A DNA stretch of 64,000 nt from Camelus ferus (GCF_009834535.1 NC_045696.1:84446001-84510000); one strand, 5' to 3'; positions 25,558 to 38,934 are shown, counted from the first letter of the stretch. Notes: generated by a model from the sequence alone, not told the origin. Numbers and translations are program-made.

Positions 25558-25901
25558 TGTACTATTAATAAATTTTCATGTACTTCCCTTCAGTACATTT
25601 GTATACACACCCCACAAATACGGATGCATTCATATAATTTTGTACATGACTACCTTTGTTAACATTGTACATTAAGTATTTTCCTGTCATTTTAATAGCA
25701 TTTCATTGTGTGATTTTCATAAAGAGTCTATGATAGGGTCAAGCCTAGAACTAGCTCTGGGCTGGAAATAAACTCTGCCTAAGAAAGCTTTTCTGGGGCC
25801 CACCCTCATTTTGTACCAATAACCTCACTACCATGTCCACCCCGTCCCAATACCCTTACGTGGACTGGCAAGACCCACACCTCTTAGGTGTATCCAGCCT
25901 C

Positions 25902-26081
25902 CAGGCTGGTTTCATGGGTGTACAACCCGTGCAGTTGCTCAGGGCCTCCCTCTTTCTAAGGCTCCTTCTGGAACTCTGTGCTTGGTTTAGTGCTCTGCTA
26001 GCTCTGTCTTAACAATGTCTGAACAAAGAGCCCTGCATTTTCACTTTGCATGGGGAACCACAAGTCACTCAGCTAATCCTG
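25902..26081 (+). mobile_element. MER91A-like hAT MITE
   Basis: caggctggtttcatgggtgtacaacccgtgcagt...cttggtttagtgctctgct...gaacaaagagccctgcattttcactttgca...gctaatcctg, with CAGG...CCTG termini. Confidence 0.75.
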
Positions 26082-26519
26082 CCCAGTTCCCCAGCCCAGT
26101 ATTAGAGCACTCACCGTGCTCCACCTCCTGTGGGCTTCGCAAATTCCACCTTGCTACTCCTTGTTATTACTGGCTTCTCTGAGCCCTCTAGGGTTTCCTT
26201 CTTCAGTAAATGCTTCAGACATTCCTGGACTGGATGACTTATTTTGGATAATTTTTTCCTGTGACACTATCGGCATCTTCCTTAGTGACTTACTCTAGTT
26301 TTTAGACTCCAATTCTATAAAATGCTGTCAAAGATAAGAATTTTATTTTTAACCTAGCTGTCATCATAGGAGAGGAGACATAGACATAATGCTTGGTTAA
26401 TAAAATTTAGAGAAGTAGGCAATTGCTCATCCTCACTCCCAGGATACTGAGAATGGTTGAACTTTGAGGCTTTGAAAACAGGAGAAGAAAGAGGATTGTC
26501 CATTGGATGCGCAGGTTGT

Positions 26520-27112
26520 GACTGCTAGAATGTTTCCAGCTACAAGTGCTAGAAAAATCCAACTGAGTGGCATATTTACCCACTTTTTATTACTCACAAA
26601 AATTAGGCCATTTATATTCTTACATGATGAGAAAACCAGAGGTAAGCAGTATCCACGATTGGTTAATTGAGCAGTTCAAGAACGTCGTCAGTGACCCTGC
26701 TGCGGGCACTGTCTGTACACTGACCTGATTCGCTCAGCATGTCGGTGAGCTTCCCCCAGCATTTACGTGACCGCTATAGTACTTCCTGGCATCATACACA
26801 GACTTGATGAATTATATTTGGGAAGATTTCCCTCTTATACATTTCATTTTTAAATCATCAACTCCTTCCCAAAGTCTCACAGAAATTCCCTCAGTGTCCA
26901 CATCCCAGAACTGGGTCACATGCCCGAGACTCAACTACTCACAATTAAGGTAAATGAAATCATCACAATTGACACGGGCCAATCAAATTCTCATCTTGGG
27001 TCCTGGGAGCTGGGGGTCCTTCATCTCTACTAAGATCATGGATACCTGATAACAAGAGAGGATTTCGGTCTGCTAAGGAGAGAATTGGGAATAGCTGTTG
27101 ATTAGGCAATAA
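26520..27112 (-). mobile_element. MLT1K/L-like MaLR LTR
   Basis: tttccagctacaagtgctagaaaaatccaact...ccagaggtaagcag...ccagaactgggtcacatgccc...ggccaatcaaattc...gctgttgattaggcaa. Confidence 0.7.
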
Positions 27113-30100
27113 TTATACCTATATCTGTATCTCCATCTCCAGTGAGGTGCTTCCCCCGACACTAGAATGACTACACTATTTTAGAGTTGGCATGGTGGAT
27201 TAGAGCACACAGCCTTGTAATCATGTAGCAAAGAAACAGCTGGCAGTGTGTGGGATGCCCACACATTTCTGGATGTGAATCCTGTCCTGAGGCACTACTA
27301 AACAACTGGGTAATGGTTGCTGAATGACTGCTCATCCAAAGGAACAAATAATATGTGAATCTTCCTGGGGACACAACCAGCTAAAATTGGTTGGAGTCAT
27401 GCAATATGCATGGAGCTTGGTCAAGAGAGGAAGTTGGTCCTAAGCTCAGGCAGAGTGTAATTGGCTCAGGACAAAGGAATGGATGGGACTGGGTCACAGT
27501 AAAGGATCTGGATAATATCCCAAACTCAGCTGATGCTTTTTTTCATTTTTAGCCAGTGTACATTATTTGACAGATACTTCCTTTGTTGCTGCAAGGTAGT
27601 AGGTCCCATAGGTGGTATAACAAGATGATTCTACAATACAAATAAAATAAAAATAGCAAAGGGAAAAAAATGTGGATGATGAGAGCAGGAAAAACTTTTG
27701 GTGCCAGGAATTTCATTTTCTCAGCATGCATTTTAATGCAAGCGCTGGGATGCATTATGACCTCCTAGCGATAGAGAGCTGGGATGTCCATGCTGGCTGA
27801 CAAAATGTGAGAACTACAAGATACTTTAATTAAAGTCAGAAGCAAAATTCACAGTCAGGAATTTATGAAAATCGGGATGCCAAGAAACCTCTCTATTTCT
27901 CTTTCTACTGGGCTCTCTTTTTCAGAACCGCAGGGTACCAAGAGAAAGTGTTAGTAAAAAGAAAAATGTCTAATTGTAATACATTCATGACATACTAAGA
28001 TGAATAAATTCCTGCAGTAGGTGATGAATACTTTATAGGGGAGTATTCCTAGTCAGTAGTCAGTGAAATAGGTTAAAATATTAAGCCTGTGAGCCAAGTG
28101 TCTCGAAAATGTCCCATTCCTTTTGTGGATCAAATAACTGCAATGAAGAGGGGCCTCCTTTCAGTGTTAGTGGAAGGCAGCAGACTTCTAAGGCGGTTCT
28201 AGTACCTGTACTATATTTTTGGATCAACTAGCTAATCAAGCAAGCTTCATTAAGCTTCTTTGAAATGAAGGACATTATAGCACAGGGAATAGAAGTGTCT
28301 ACACCTTGGCATAAAGGTTTCCAAGATGGGAGAGTGGACAACACAGAGCGGGAAGGAAACGGTAGCATTCATCTCTGAAGCAAGCGTTTTCTAAGATCCT
28401 CACTAAGACTTAATGATAAATCACCCACCTCTCCCAACCATCTCCACTGATGAGTCTCTGAAAGATAATATGCCCATGGTATCGATGTTACTCAATATTA
28501 TTACATGTATCAGGGATTATTGTCAATCTTGGTTTTGGGGTGAACTGCTGCCAGCTGATTCTTTATTGCCAATATCAGATATACCATCTGTAAGCAGTTA
28601 TTTTTAGTTTTCTGTTCTGTTCCATTCTTTTCCTTTTGTACCATCTTTCTATGAGTGCAATGATCATGTCCTAATCCTGTATTTAGGAGTTTCTTTGTAC
28701 ATGCCTCTTATTTCAGAAAGGATTTAAGAGACTAAAGTAATACATTTACATATTCCAAACTTCATGCCTTCCCTCTTATGACTTAGGTTTGCGATTTTTA
28801 AAAAATGTAGAATATATCCCATCAATGACTAGAAATTTTCCAGACCCATTTTCATTTTCTTTTTAGATTATACACCTTCCAATTCTTGAGTTTGGACTTT
28901 TTCATAGAAGTGACAGATTATTAATGTTTACAAAGGATCAGTCAAAATTCCAAGGGGTCATAGGTCATAGCTGCCCACACATTTTAAGGAAGAGTCTCCC
29001 TGAAATTAGGAGAAGAGATCTGGAGACTTAAAAAATAAGAGTGTACATCTTCCACAGGGTGGGGAAGCCAAGAAGGGCTGCAGTGGTGGGAATTCTCTGT
29101 ACACACTTCTGCTGACGCTCTTACCATGCCACACTGCAACTGTCTGTTTCTATAGCTGCCTTTTCAGGGAGTCTGGGAGCTGAGGGAGAGAGTCCTTATG
29201 ATATTAATTTTATTTTAAGAAGTCCAAATCACAGAATCACAGTGCCTGTCTTAGAGGGGTTGTTTAATAAAGTCATATTGAATAAATGAAGACAAGAAGA
29301 GAGACCATTGGTTTTTCTGGTCCCTGGGAGGAGAGGCATCTCCTTCAGTGTAGATTCACAGCCTGGAGCTTTAGGCTGAGCTGACAATAGAACAGTCTTG
29401 GCCTAGAGTGTTTCCCACCGCGATGAGCAGAGGCTCACGGGGGTGCAGGGACATCCTTATCATACTCCGTAAGCCAGAGTAAGAACAGCTGGGAAGTTAC
29501 CCCACTGCCTTCTGTCCAAAGAAGATGCTCAGTTGGGAGTGAAACTGCGACTGGGTTCTCCTTCATCACTTGCTGTCTGGGGACTCAGTGCATCGTAACA
29601 ACTGTCACAGATAGCAGCTCTTTTGTTGAACTCTGGTCTGAATGCTCTGACAGCATCTACGTTGCCACCCAAAGTTACAGTCTCACACTGTTCTCATAAC
29701 GAAAATCCCTCAGGTAAAGGGCCTAATTAAATATACATGGGTTTTCCTTTTGCCAAAGGACAGCCAAATACCACTTTCTTCACATTTGCTTACGGACAAG
29801 AGTGTTTCAGGTTCAAAAAGAAATAAATTTTGTTCCAAAATAAAATATGGCACCTATGAAATCATATAAGATGTACTTTAAGGAAAACCAGCTCAGTATT
29901 ATAACAGGATTTTCTTATCAAGCTCCCTCCAGATGCTGCAGCTGTCACTTAGGCTACGCCAACGCCTGGCGTGATGCCAGTTTGATGCAAGTTGGTTCCA
30001 CTTGTCACCCTTTCAATTTCCCAACCGGCCTCAATTTTAAAGGGCATATTAGCATTATCATAGCAATCTTAAAGACTTGTCTTGGCTTGACTTTAAGCCT

Positions 30101-30878
30101 GTTTTGTTTCGGAGTCACAAGGTATAATGAAATACCACTGAGATAAAAAGGATTTTATTGTCTATGTATGACATCAAATGCTCTAATCTCTGACCAAAGA
30201 AATTGAAGGTTTTTCAAAAGGTTGTTCAATGAGACACACTGCAGTGTAACATCAAAGAGCATGAGAGGTGCTTTAGAACACACAGGTTTAAATTGCAGGT
30301 GGGGGGTGCTTTCCCGTACACATTTAGGAGAACCTCATGCCAGTCGCATGAACAGAAATAGTTTTAACGGAAGACTAAAAGAGTACGGAACCATGTGACA
30401 AAGCAGCAAAATCCAAACCCAGAAATGCACTCTGAATTAAATTATTGAATGGTAAAATGACTTGCTCTGTCAATTATTAATGGCAAATCTCAAGGCTGCC
30501 TAAAATACAGATGTTTACTCCAGCATCTTCAGATGCTGTCTGTTTAGATGTTGTGTTGCGGCCTTAAAATGACAGTCTTCAACTTGAATTCTGTGATAGA
30601 GACTTTGTGTTTAGATGAATGAAAATCTCAGACTATTAGTTGCTAATCATTTGTTACTTGACACTTTCAGTCATCACTAAGGAATCTATGTATGATTTAA
30701 ATACAGAGACTGCCAAGGTGTTCAGTCCTTTGACATGTGCCACTTTTCTCTTGTCTGTTACCTTAGACACTCAGAGCTTTACTATGTTCATTCACAAAAT
30801 GGGAACAATGAAACCTCCTTCACTGAGTTGCTATGAAGGCACATAATAGGTAAATTCCATAGCAACTGGACTCTCTCA

Positions 30879-30938
30879 AACACAAACACACATGCGCACA
30901 CATATGCACGTACACACACACACACGCACAGACATACA
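30879..30938 (+). repeat. Imperfect (CA)n repeat
   Basis: acacaaacacacatgcgcacacatatgcacgtacacacacacacacgcacagacataca. Confidence 0.85.
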
Positions 30939-31529
30939 GATACCTTTTATGGAAATCTGCAAGAGGAAAACTTAACTGCAACTGGAAGCGTGGGTTTAGC
31001 TAATTCTGAGTTGATCTAAATTTATTTAAAAATTATTAGGCTCTTGAGTTGCATTATGTAGAAACAGCAAACCGTCACCTTGGTGGAAGAAATAGATGTG
31101 GGCTGTGTGTTTTTCCTTATTTCCTAAATTTCCTTCCTTGTGAAATTTCAGAGCTGAGGTAACTTCAGATCTATTTGTCACCAGCTCTGCACTGGAACAA
31201 AATAGATGCTCAGAGTCCTGAGTCCTGTCGCTGTCTGCTGCTGTCATGTGGTCCCAGATCAGTGAGCAGCACTACATCTCAAAGGGGTGGAGCAAGGCAG
31301 AGGGAAACGGGTTGAAAGAATTTTTTTTTATATTAAAGAGTTAGTGAGGACTCATTCATTTATTTTTGTACAATTGAGTTATGTGTTCATATCTGTGTTT
31401 TAAAACAATCATTCCCTTAGCTGTACCATAGAAGCACTGAAGTAAGGGGAAATCAGTACAAAAAAGTACAAAAAGCAGTTAGGATACTATTTTGTTGACG
31501 TGTGCTTCTCACACTGTATGTAGAAAATT

Positions 31530-31760
31530 AGTAGATGATAGTGGTTAAAGGCTTTGTTCCCGAAACCTGTATCTGAATTCTGGTTCTACCATGACTAGCT
31601 GTGAGGACCTGGGTAAATTGTCTAATTTCTCTGTAATTGTGACTCAGTTTCTTTTTGTATTAAACATTAGTAGCTATATCATAGGATTGTTATAGTGACT
31701 AAGTGAATTCATAGAAATTTATTGGAATTGTTCCTGGTGTATTTTATGCACTCTATTATT
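31530..31760 (+). mobile_element. MIR
   Basis: gtggttaaaggc...gaattctggttctaccatgactagctgtgaggacctgggtaaatt...cataggattgttatag. Confidence 0.75.
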
Positions 31761-32589
31761 ATAAATCACATAAGAGCGTACACTAGAAACTTCAGATAAT
31801 TGACCAGTCTGTCTCTTGTCTTGGTGAAGAAGTAGGCAGTTTATGTCTTAAATTGGCGGGATGAGAATCAGAATTACTTGAGCTTCTTAACACATTGTAC
31901 TTACCTCTTTTCTGTTTGCAGTTTGGGATCTGTGTAGAAATCATATGACATTATAGACTAATAAACCTTCAGATTCTGCACTAGGGCAACCCTGATGAGC
32001 TGAGTTCATTGGAAATGTAAAGGGAAAGTCACTTAACCCCTCCATGTCTCCATTTGACAATGCTGATCCCACGGAGCTGTTCGGAGTCATAACTGGGATG
32101 CTGTAAGCGAAAGTGCCTAAGAATAAGAAGTGCTGACTTCACTTCAGTGGAATTTGAAGTTGACCTTTATGGCAAAGGAAGAGAAGGCAAGATGCTTAGG
32201 TTAAAACTTTATACCAAATTTGAAACAAACTCACTTTTCAAATATAATAATTCCAAACCAGTGCTCTATCTGGACCAGCTATGTTTGGTTCGGTTCAGGG
32301 CTCACGGGTCCTTCTCTCCCGCTGGCTGTGACTTCCCCCACGTGAGCAGTCCTGGAGCTGGATGATGGTCCGTGTCGGGCTTGACTCTCCCTCTAACCAG
32401 CAGTGAGAACTCGGGCATCTGTCTCAGTTTCCTCAATTAGAAGGCAGTATTGCCTTCCTGATCACATTTTGCAGGTTACTGTGAGGACAGAACGTCACTT
32501 TGTAAAGCTCACCACCAGATGCCTCAGTGACAGTTAAAGGGTCTTCCTGTCTCACGGGAAGAGGGCTGCTTGGTTCAGGCGCCAACAGG

Positions 32590-32740
32590 GACTTGGTACC
32601 AGACCTCAGTGGAGCTTCTTGACCCCCATCTTTCCCAGGTCTGTGGCTTTAGGCAAATCAGTTCATCTCTTCAGTCTCACCTAGACCACCTGGAAAATGG
32701 TAATAGCAGTATCTGCCTTGTGAGGAGGATCTGGTGGAAG
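32590..32740 (+). mobile_element. MIR
   Basis: ctgtggctttaggcaaatcagttcatctct...cacctggaaaatggtaatag...ttgtgaggagg. Confidence 0.6.
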
Positions 32741-34579
32741 CCCCCATTCAAGTGTCAAATTATGAAAGTGCTGACTTGGATGACTGATTTCTCCGCCACA
32801 CCTAATTTCTAATGCTTTCTTTTAAATAGGCTCTCCACACTCACAGATGCTGATGGCCCGAACAGATGTTGGTGAGTTAGAGGGTGTGTACATAGCCTTA
32901 GATTGTGTGCACCACGAGCCCCGTGAGGGTAGGTGTCCACAGACATGAATGGGTTGAGTGTGACATGTCTCGTTATTTTGATAAGTTTGTTTATATCTAA
33001 ATTTTATTTATTTATTTTTAACCATTTTTAACAGTAGTTCATATAAAGAAAAACTGGTCTCCCCAGCCCAGTTTCCATTGATAACCATTTGCAACTCTTA
33101 AAGTTATTACTCCTTTATTCACATGATTAGTCTTTAAAATACTTATGCTATTTCTTAATTTTTCAGTTTTAGAAATTTCCCATCTCATTTGTATACTATT
33201 TAGGAATTAGAATTTAGAATTTAGCTCTCTTTTATCACCCATGACATCCAAACATGTGTCTCCTCTTTCTGTCCTTGAAATACAGTTGTAACTCACTTTT
33301 AATTCCATGTTGAGAGGTTTCATCCTTAAAAAGACGTATCTTTTGTTGTTGTTGTTGTTGTGTTTTTGTATTTATTGCTGAGCCAAGCAGTTTAGTATGA
33401 GTTTATTTCCTTTCCACCAGAATTTTGTACTTTTTTCAGTATTTAATTGGCTCTTTTATTTCCTTTGCTTGGCACTGCTCTTGTGCTGGATTTCCACAAA
33501 GCCAAACTTGTCTAATAATCTATCAGTCTCAGTTTTTCTTTTTCTTGGTGATATCCCAGAAAGCTTTCTCCACTTATCTGGTCTGGCACTGTCTAGTCTG
33601 CAGCCAACTTACTACCCTGGGTTTTCCTTCTGTGTTCTTAGTGATTCTTATGTGCCAGTCTGATCATTTGCATGCACACTGGGAGGCAGAACTGGACGTG
33701 CCTTTTACAGATACAGTATCTTTCTTTCTTGCAGTAGAGTATTGATCTGATAATGACAGTGGCTGAAGTATTCATTTGAGTCTTTAGATTGTACCTAAAC
33801 TGCTCAGTGGCGCAGGCTCCAAGTCAGAGCTCTGTAGCTTAAGTTTATTGTAATTCTCTTTTTTGAGTTGAGAATGCCATGTTCCAGGTGATTTCTCATT
33901 CATGTTGGTTATTTAAGAGGAGCTCTTGAATTTCTGTGTGCTCACATGTTGTAGGTATTATGACAAAAAATCTAATAAATACAATTTAACAAGCAGAAAT
34001 AAGATGTAAAAACCTATTTTTGTGAATGTTCCTGATGCTATAGAATTTCAAATTTAAAATGACAGTTCTTTTAAAAATTAGAAAAAGAAAATTTTTGGTA
34101 AAAAAAAAACCCTATTTATAATTTAAAAGATAAATTTTAGAAAAAAAGTTAAAATAATGAATATTAAAGGATTTTTATTACTTCTGGGTCATAAATTTTG
34201 CACATTTAGAAAATATGAGACATTAAGAAGAATGAGTGCATTAAGTAGCTAACAGTTTGGAATTATCTTTTAAAAACAATAAAAAAATACTTGTAAAATT
34301 TGGTTCAAGTATGTTACTTACCAAATTGCTATAGTGGGTTGTAAAAGCAGTTGTTTAAGAACTTTCTGAACATTTACTTTGTATGGCTTTTTTTTTTTTT
34401 CTTAGAGTTTTTTATAAATCAGAAGGGTTAGACATAGGGAAAGGAATAGATTCAGAATGTTTCTTGTTGCTTCCACTTTGCAAAGGAGCAAAGAAATTCC
34501 ACTGGTGTTTTCAGATAGCATTATATAAAAAAATAGAGAAGTGGTCACTTCATGGATCTCACAACCTGAGGCCTTCATC

Positions 34580-34860
34580 AGTGCAGTTTAAAAAATATTT
34601 GTTGAGGATCTACAGTTTATAAGACCCTGTGCTAGACACCGAGGATCACCAAAACAATAAGGAAAAGCATCCACTCTCAAGATGCTTAAAACCTAATGGG
34701 AATCACTAACATACACAAATCGTTTTGATACAAAATAGAAGGTGAAATACTTCAGTAGAGAATTTAGCCAAGTACGTTGAGTGTATAAAGAAGAGACAGT
34801 TTAGTTCTGATTTGGGAGCATCAGAAAAGCTTCCAAGAGGAGATGGATTCTGCTTTTTGA
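34580..34860 (-). mobile_element. L2 3' fragment
   Basis: aaatatttgttgaggatctac...ccctgtgctagacac...ctctcaagatgctta...catcagaaaagcttcc. Confidence 0.6.
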
Positions 34861-35267
34861 TTGATAGTAGCATAATTCACAAGAAAAAGAAATTAAGGAT
34901 GTATGTTTATACCAATTCACAGTCTATAAAATTCTAGCGGAGATTTTTAAAAAAATTTTGTCAGTATTATTATTGTTCACTTTGCAAATGGGGAACGTGA
35001 AATTCTAAAAAGTCTAAGTAACTTTCTTAAATTCATAATTGTTACAAGTGGTCAGAGATGGCACAGTTGAAAAATGCTTCCAAAATCCAATCTGATGATG
35101 GTTTTAAGTATAATCCACTCTTAAGATGTTATGGTTGGCAGAGACCTAGAAATGTCAGTCTCACCAAATGTGATTTTGTGTATTGGAACAGAGTGTTTCT
35201 TTGATTCTAAATTACCCCTGCAATGATTCTAAAAATTATTTGCCACAGTGAATATAGATGGTCTACG

Positions 35268-35458
35268 AAAGTGTTTCTAAGACTTCCCCATCATCAGAAT
35301 GACCCAGAAAAATATTTTAAGAACACACATTCCAACTCTCATCACCACTAAACATCCCATCCTGTTTTATCAGAAAAACTGGGACTAGTGCAAGCAGATC
35401 AGTATTTTTAACTGTTCTGAAGGTAACTAGAATTATCAGCTAAAAATGGAACACACAG
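35268..35458. mobile_element. MER5-like hAT-Charlie MITE, degraded
   Basis: agtgtttctaagac...catcagaatgacccag...cacattcc...atcagtatttttaac...ggaacacacag. Confidence 0.55.
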
Positions 35459-36534
35459 TTCAAAAGAGGAAAATGAGAAATGTAATTATTTTTCCCAAAT
35501 TACCATCTTTTTTAATATAAAACTTTGTATTATATCACCTCTATGTATAACTAATAGAATTTTGTGGTATAACAGGGGACACTGATGTGAAACTATAGAT
35601 CACAAAGCTATATGATTAAAAATTGGACATATCTGATTACCTCATCATTTCAGCTAAGAATGAATACATTATTTCTCCCAAAATCCTACTGAAAGAACCC
35701 TATCTGGCACAGAGTTTCTTTACTTAGCTGTCTCTAGGTATAGACAACATAGTTACTATTCTAACTCATAAAATCTCATTTTCTGTATACACTTGACTTC
35801 TGTGACTTAAGAAGAAAAAAAATTACATTGAAGTTTATATGATGCATATTTTTTAAAGTAAATTTTCTTTGTTATGAGTAGCTTGAGTGGTTTTCTCACC
35901 TCCAAATACTACAGAAATGGTCATCAGAAGAACCACTGAGGTCACTTGGATAAGAATATAGAACACAAGACTCTAGAATAGATTATAAGAGGCAGTTGTA
36001 AATAACTCACCAATAACTACAAGACTTCTCTCTGCCTTAAAAATGTATTAGGCTTGGAGTTAGTCCTGCGTTGAAAATTTTCTCTTCCAAATTTAATCTT
36101 ACCATTGGAGTTGTTAGGTGGTTCAAATGAGAAAATATAGATTGCATGATTTCACAAAATGTAATGTGTGATTCAAATACGATGATGATGAGATGTGGCC
36201 AGCTTGACCAGATCTGCAGGGCTTCTGCTCCAGCAACTTGGGATCAGATTCTGCCCCTAACAGGGTGGTGACAGCCACTGAGTAAGGGGGAAGCCCTGCC
36301 TGATACCTGGCTCCAGCTCTAGTCCCTCTATCTCTAGCCCCACCATGTGCCAAGGTGATACTTGTCAGCACACCTCAAGGAAGGGTGTGATTTGCATCTA
36401 CATCAAATCCAGTCCTCCCACCAAAGACATTGGGCACACTCAATCTGTGCAGGGATAGTCTCACATAACAACACCCCTTCAAGACCACAATAAGTAATTT
36501 TTTCACTTCATAAAGGCAGAGAAAATTGAGCAAA

Positions 36535-37413
36535 ATGAAAAGACAAAGGAACTGCTGTCAGGTGGAAGGGCGAGAGAAAACCCCTGAAAAAATAAATAAA
36601 ATAAAAATAATTTCCCAGATAAAGTATTCAAAGCATTGGTCATAAAAATGATATCTGAATTAGGAAGAAGAATAGATGTACACAGTAAAATGTTTAGCAA
36701 GGAGCTAGAAAATATAAAAAAAGACCTAAATCAGAAATGAAGAATTCAATAGTTGAAATTTAAAAAACAGAACAAAACACTAGAAGGAATGAATAGCAGA
36801 CTAAGTGATACAGAAGAATGCATAAGTGATCTGAAAGTGAAAATCATCCAATCAGAATTGCAAAAATAAAATCAAATTAAAAAAAAAACAGTTTAAGAGA
36901 TTTCTGGGATAACATTAAGCATACCAATGTTTGCATTATGGGGGTCCCAGAAGGAGAAGAGAGAGGAGATCGAAAATGTAATTGAGGAAATTATGGCTGA
37001 AAACTTCCCAAACTTGAAGAAGGAAACAGATAGCCAGGTGTAGGAAGCACAGAGGGTCCCAAACAAGATAAACCCAAAAAGACCCACATCAAGACATATC
37101 ATAATTAAAATGGCAAAATTTAAAGATAAAGAGAGAATTCTAAAGGCAACAAGAGAAAAACTCAAAGTCTTATACAAGAGAATCCTCATAAAGCTATCAG
37201 CTGATTTCTCTGCAGAAACTTTGCAGGACAGAAGGGAGTAGCATGATATATTCAAAATCTGGGGAGGGAAAAACCTGCAACCTAGAATTCTCTACCCAGC
37301 ATGATTATCATTTAGAATAGAGGAGAGATAAAGAACTTCCCAGATAAGCAAAAGCTAAAAGAATTCATCAATACTAAACCTATGCTAAAAGAAATGTGAA
37401 GTGTCTTCTCTAA
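36535..37413 (+). pseudogene. Decayed L1 ORF1 (RNA-binding protein) with stops and frameshifts
   Basis: Begins atgaaaagacaaaggaac (MKRQRN). Coiled-coil and RRM-region L1 ORF1p motifs are recognisable, with internal stops (e.g. SQV*EAQRVP). Ends near gtgtcttctctaa. Confidence 0.85.
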
Positions 37414-37697
37414 GTAGAAAAGAAGTAAAAATCTATAGGAAAGGGAAATTCTCACTAGGAAAGGCAAATATATAGTAAGGATTGAAGAACTGAGGACCAA
37501 CCACTTAAATAAGCCAGAAAAAGACAAAAAGACAAAAAATTGTAAAAGCAAGTATAACCACAATAAATAGTTTAAAGATAAACATGAAGATGCAAAGTAT
37601 GACAACAAAAACACAAAATAGCAGCACTATATATAGTAGTCAAGACATGGAAGTACCCCAAGTATCCATCAACAAAGGAATGGATAAAGAAAATGTG

Positions 37698-37706
37698 ACA
37701 CACACA

Positions 37707-37742
<36 letters not shown>

Positions 37743-37743
37743 A
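37698..37743 (+). repeat. Compound (CA)n(GA)n microsatellite inside L1
   Basis: Read directly from the sequence. Confidence 0.95.
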
Positions 37744-38219
37744 ATATTACTCAGCCATGAAAAAGAATGAAATCCTTCCTTTTGCAGCAACATGGATGGA
37801 CTTGGAGAATATTATGCTTAATGAAATAGGTCAGACAGAGAAAGACAAATACTGTATGATATCACTTACATGTGGAATCTAAAACATAAAACAAACAAAT
37901 TTATATGGCAAAACAGAAATAGTTTCACAGATATAAAAAATGAACCAGTGATTACCAGAGGAGAGAAGGAATGTGGGAGGTGCAAGACAGGGGTATGGGA
38001 CAAGAGATACAAACTACAAGCAATGAGGACATGCCGTATAGATCAGAGAATTTTAGCCATTATCTTACAGTAACTTTTAATGGTGTTTAATCTGTAAAAA
38101 TACTGAATCGCTATGCTGTACACCTGAAACTGATATAATCTTGTAATTCAACTGTATTTCAATTAAAAAAAATGTGGTCACACTTTGCCATTATTGGTGA
38201 GACAAGGCTGAAGACAGCC

Positions 38220-38410
38220 CAGACTATGGTAAAAGACACATTTGTTCAAATCCCATCTTTGTGGTTTTGACAAATTATTTTAAATCCTGAAAACTTGAGT
38301 TTACCATCCATACTAAACTAAGGTAGTAGGTTTATTAGAATCGTTAACCGACAAATGTAGGAAAATAACTCCCCATAGTGTCTGGGCCATGGTAGGTACT
38401 CAAACAAGCA
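38220..38410 (+). mobile_element. MIR
   Basis: gttcaaatcccatctttgtggttttgacaaatta...catagtgtctgggccatggtaggtactcaa. Confidence 0.6.
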
Positions 38411-38533
38411 TTCAATTATGTCTTTTCTTTCTGCTTCCTTGATTCTCAAATTTACCCCTATTAAATATCACTTTGGGTATGATATTTTTATGCTGTTGTA
38501 CAATCCCATGAGAAGAGTATTCACCTTATTTGC

Positions 38534-38934
38534 TTTTATGAGCTGAATTGCATACCCCCTCAACTCAAATACATACCTTGAGCACCAGTACCTTAAAATA
38601 AGACCTAAGGTGGAGACAGGGTCTTTACAGATTATTAAATATTCTAATTTAAAGATCATTAAGGTACACCCTAGACTGTGTCCTTATAAGACAAGGAAAT
38701 TTCTATGCAAACACAGAGGGAAGAGGATGTGAAGACATGGAGAGAAGATAGCCATCTACAAGTCAAACTGAGAGGTTTGGGAGAGCTCTTTTCCTCACAG
38801 TCCTCAAAAGAAACCTATCCTGCTGTCACCTTGATCTCAGGTTTCTCCTCCAGAACTGCGAGAAAGCTAATTTCTGTTTTTCAAGCCACGCAGACTCTGG
38901 CACTTTGTTATGGCAGCTCCAGCGAACTCATATA
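38534..38934 (+). mobile_element. MLT1A/B-like MaLR solo LTR
   Basis: ttatgagctgaattgcatacccc...ggagacagggtctttacag...gtgtccttataaga...gccatctacaagtcaa...gcactttgttatggcagc. Confidence 0.85.

Larger units (their letters stand above)
36202..38172 (+). mobile_element. Internally deleted LINE-1 (HAL1-like): partial 5'UTR, decayed ORF1, inter-ORF spacer, last ~250 nt of ORF2, 3'UTR, A-tail
   Basis: ORF1p motifs translate from ~36893 (LRDFWDNIKHTNVCIMGVPEGEER; EEIMAENFPNLKKE; NPKRPTSRHIIIKMAKFKDKERILKATREK). The ORF2 C-terminal motif IAALYIVVKTWKYPKYPSTKEWIKKM starts at 37618. The L1 3'UTR ends in an A-run at ~38165-38172. Possible degenerate TSD: agatgtggcca (36191-36201) / aaatgtggtca (38170-38180). 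Confidence 0.9.

Noticed and set aside
36893..37793. Hydrophobic minus-strand ORFs resembling membrane proteins
   Set aside because: They are antisense readings of the A-rich L1 ORF1/ORF2 sequence.
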